NCBI GenBank assembly: GCA_951406725.2
Contig: OX597833.1
Coordinates: 48,608,001 to 48,672,000 of the forward strand
Direction of reading: 5' to 3'
DNA: 64,000 nucleotides
From: Octopus vulgaris
Lineage: Eukaryota
The notes beneath the pieces are model-generated. The model was not told where the DNA came from. It saw only the letters and a list, made by a program, of their open reading frames with translations, and made no database searches. Made by a program: the position numbers and the translations under genes. Numbering within the stretch: the first letter of the stretch is position 1; each line of letters opens with the position of its first letter. Positions 63,643 to 64,000 of the stretch are shown piece by piece.

Positions 63643-64000
63643 CATGCATAAATATACATAGACATATATGGTCACAGATGCTCTATGTATAGTAACACAT
63701 ACACACATATATACAAACATGCATAAATACACACACACACATCTAATGAACAGTGATGGCAGTGGGGAAGGGGAACAGACGCTTGCCCACAATATATGTT
63801 TATACACATACAGTTGTACTCACACACATATACAAACACACACTCCCACATATACATGCAGAAATTTACAGACACACACACAAACACATACTCTCACGCA
63901 CACTAACACATACTCACACTGAAACATGCACACACACACATACAAAAGCAGACGCACCAACATAAGTTGTCATCTTTATAATTACAGAGGAAAACAGTCA

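Overview
Eukaryotic, AT-rich, repeat-dense genomic DNA, most likely from a coleoid cephalopod (Octopus-type SINE/RTE landscape; inference). One protein-coding gene crosses the window on the + strand. I could assemble 16 GT-AG exons (2959-61555, 3176 nt, about 1058 codons, phases compatible, no stops) of an outer-arm axonemal dynein heavy chain of the DNAH5/DNAH8 clade. They cover the end of AAA2, AAA3, AAA4, the stalk and the microtubule-binding domain, and the gene continues beyond both window ends. The introns hold at least three tRNA-derived SINE families, RTE LINE 3' ends, a 1.6-kb RTE fragment with an open RT, CR1, Penelope and R4/Dong-like relics, mariner relics, piggyBac-, hAT- and Tc1-type MITEs, a solo LTR and many microsatellites. 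Nearly all other ORFs in the track are microsatellite or SINE artefacts. Main hunt results: (1) about nine minimal type-I hammerhead ribozyme motifs in several unrelated short elements, including a TSD-flanked fold-back element with a U3-A8 covariant core; (2) a PHD finger inserted inside the RTE reverse transcriptase; (3) a partial exon duplication that creates a potential in-frame 81-nt cassette exon; (4) SINE dimers with a fixed junction; (5) dynein codons that A-to-I editing would revert to the conserved residue. Family labels A, B, C, E and F are my own working names, and all assignments were made by eye without database searches.
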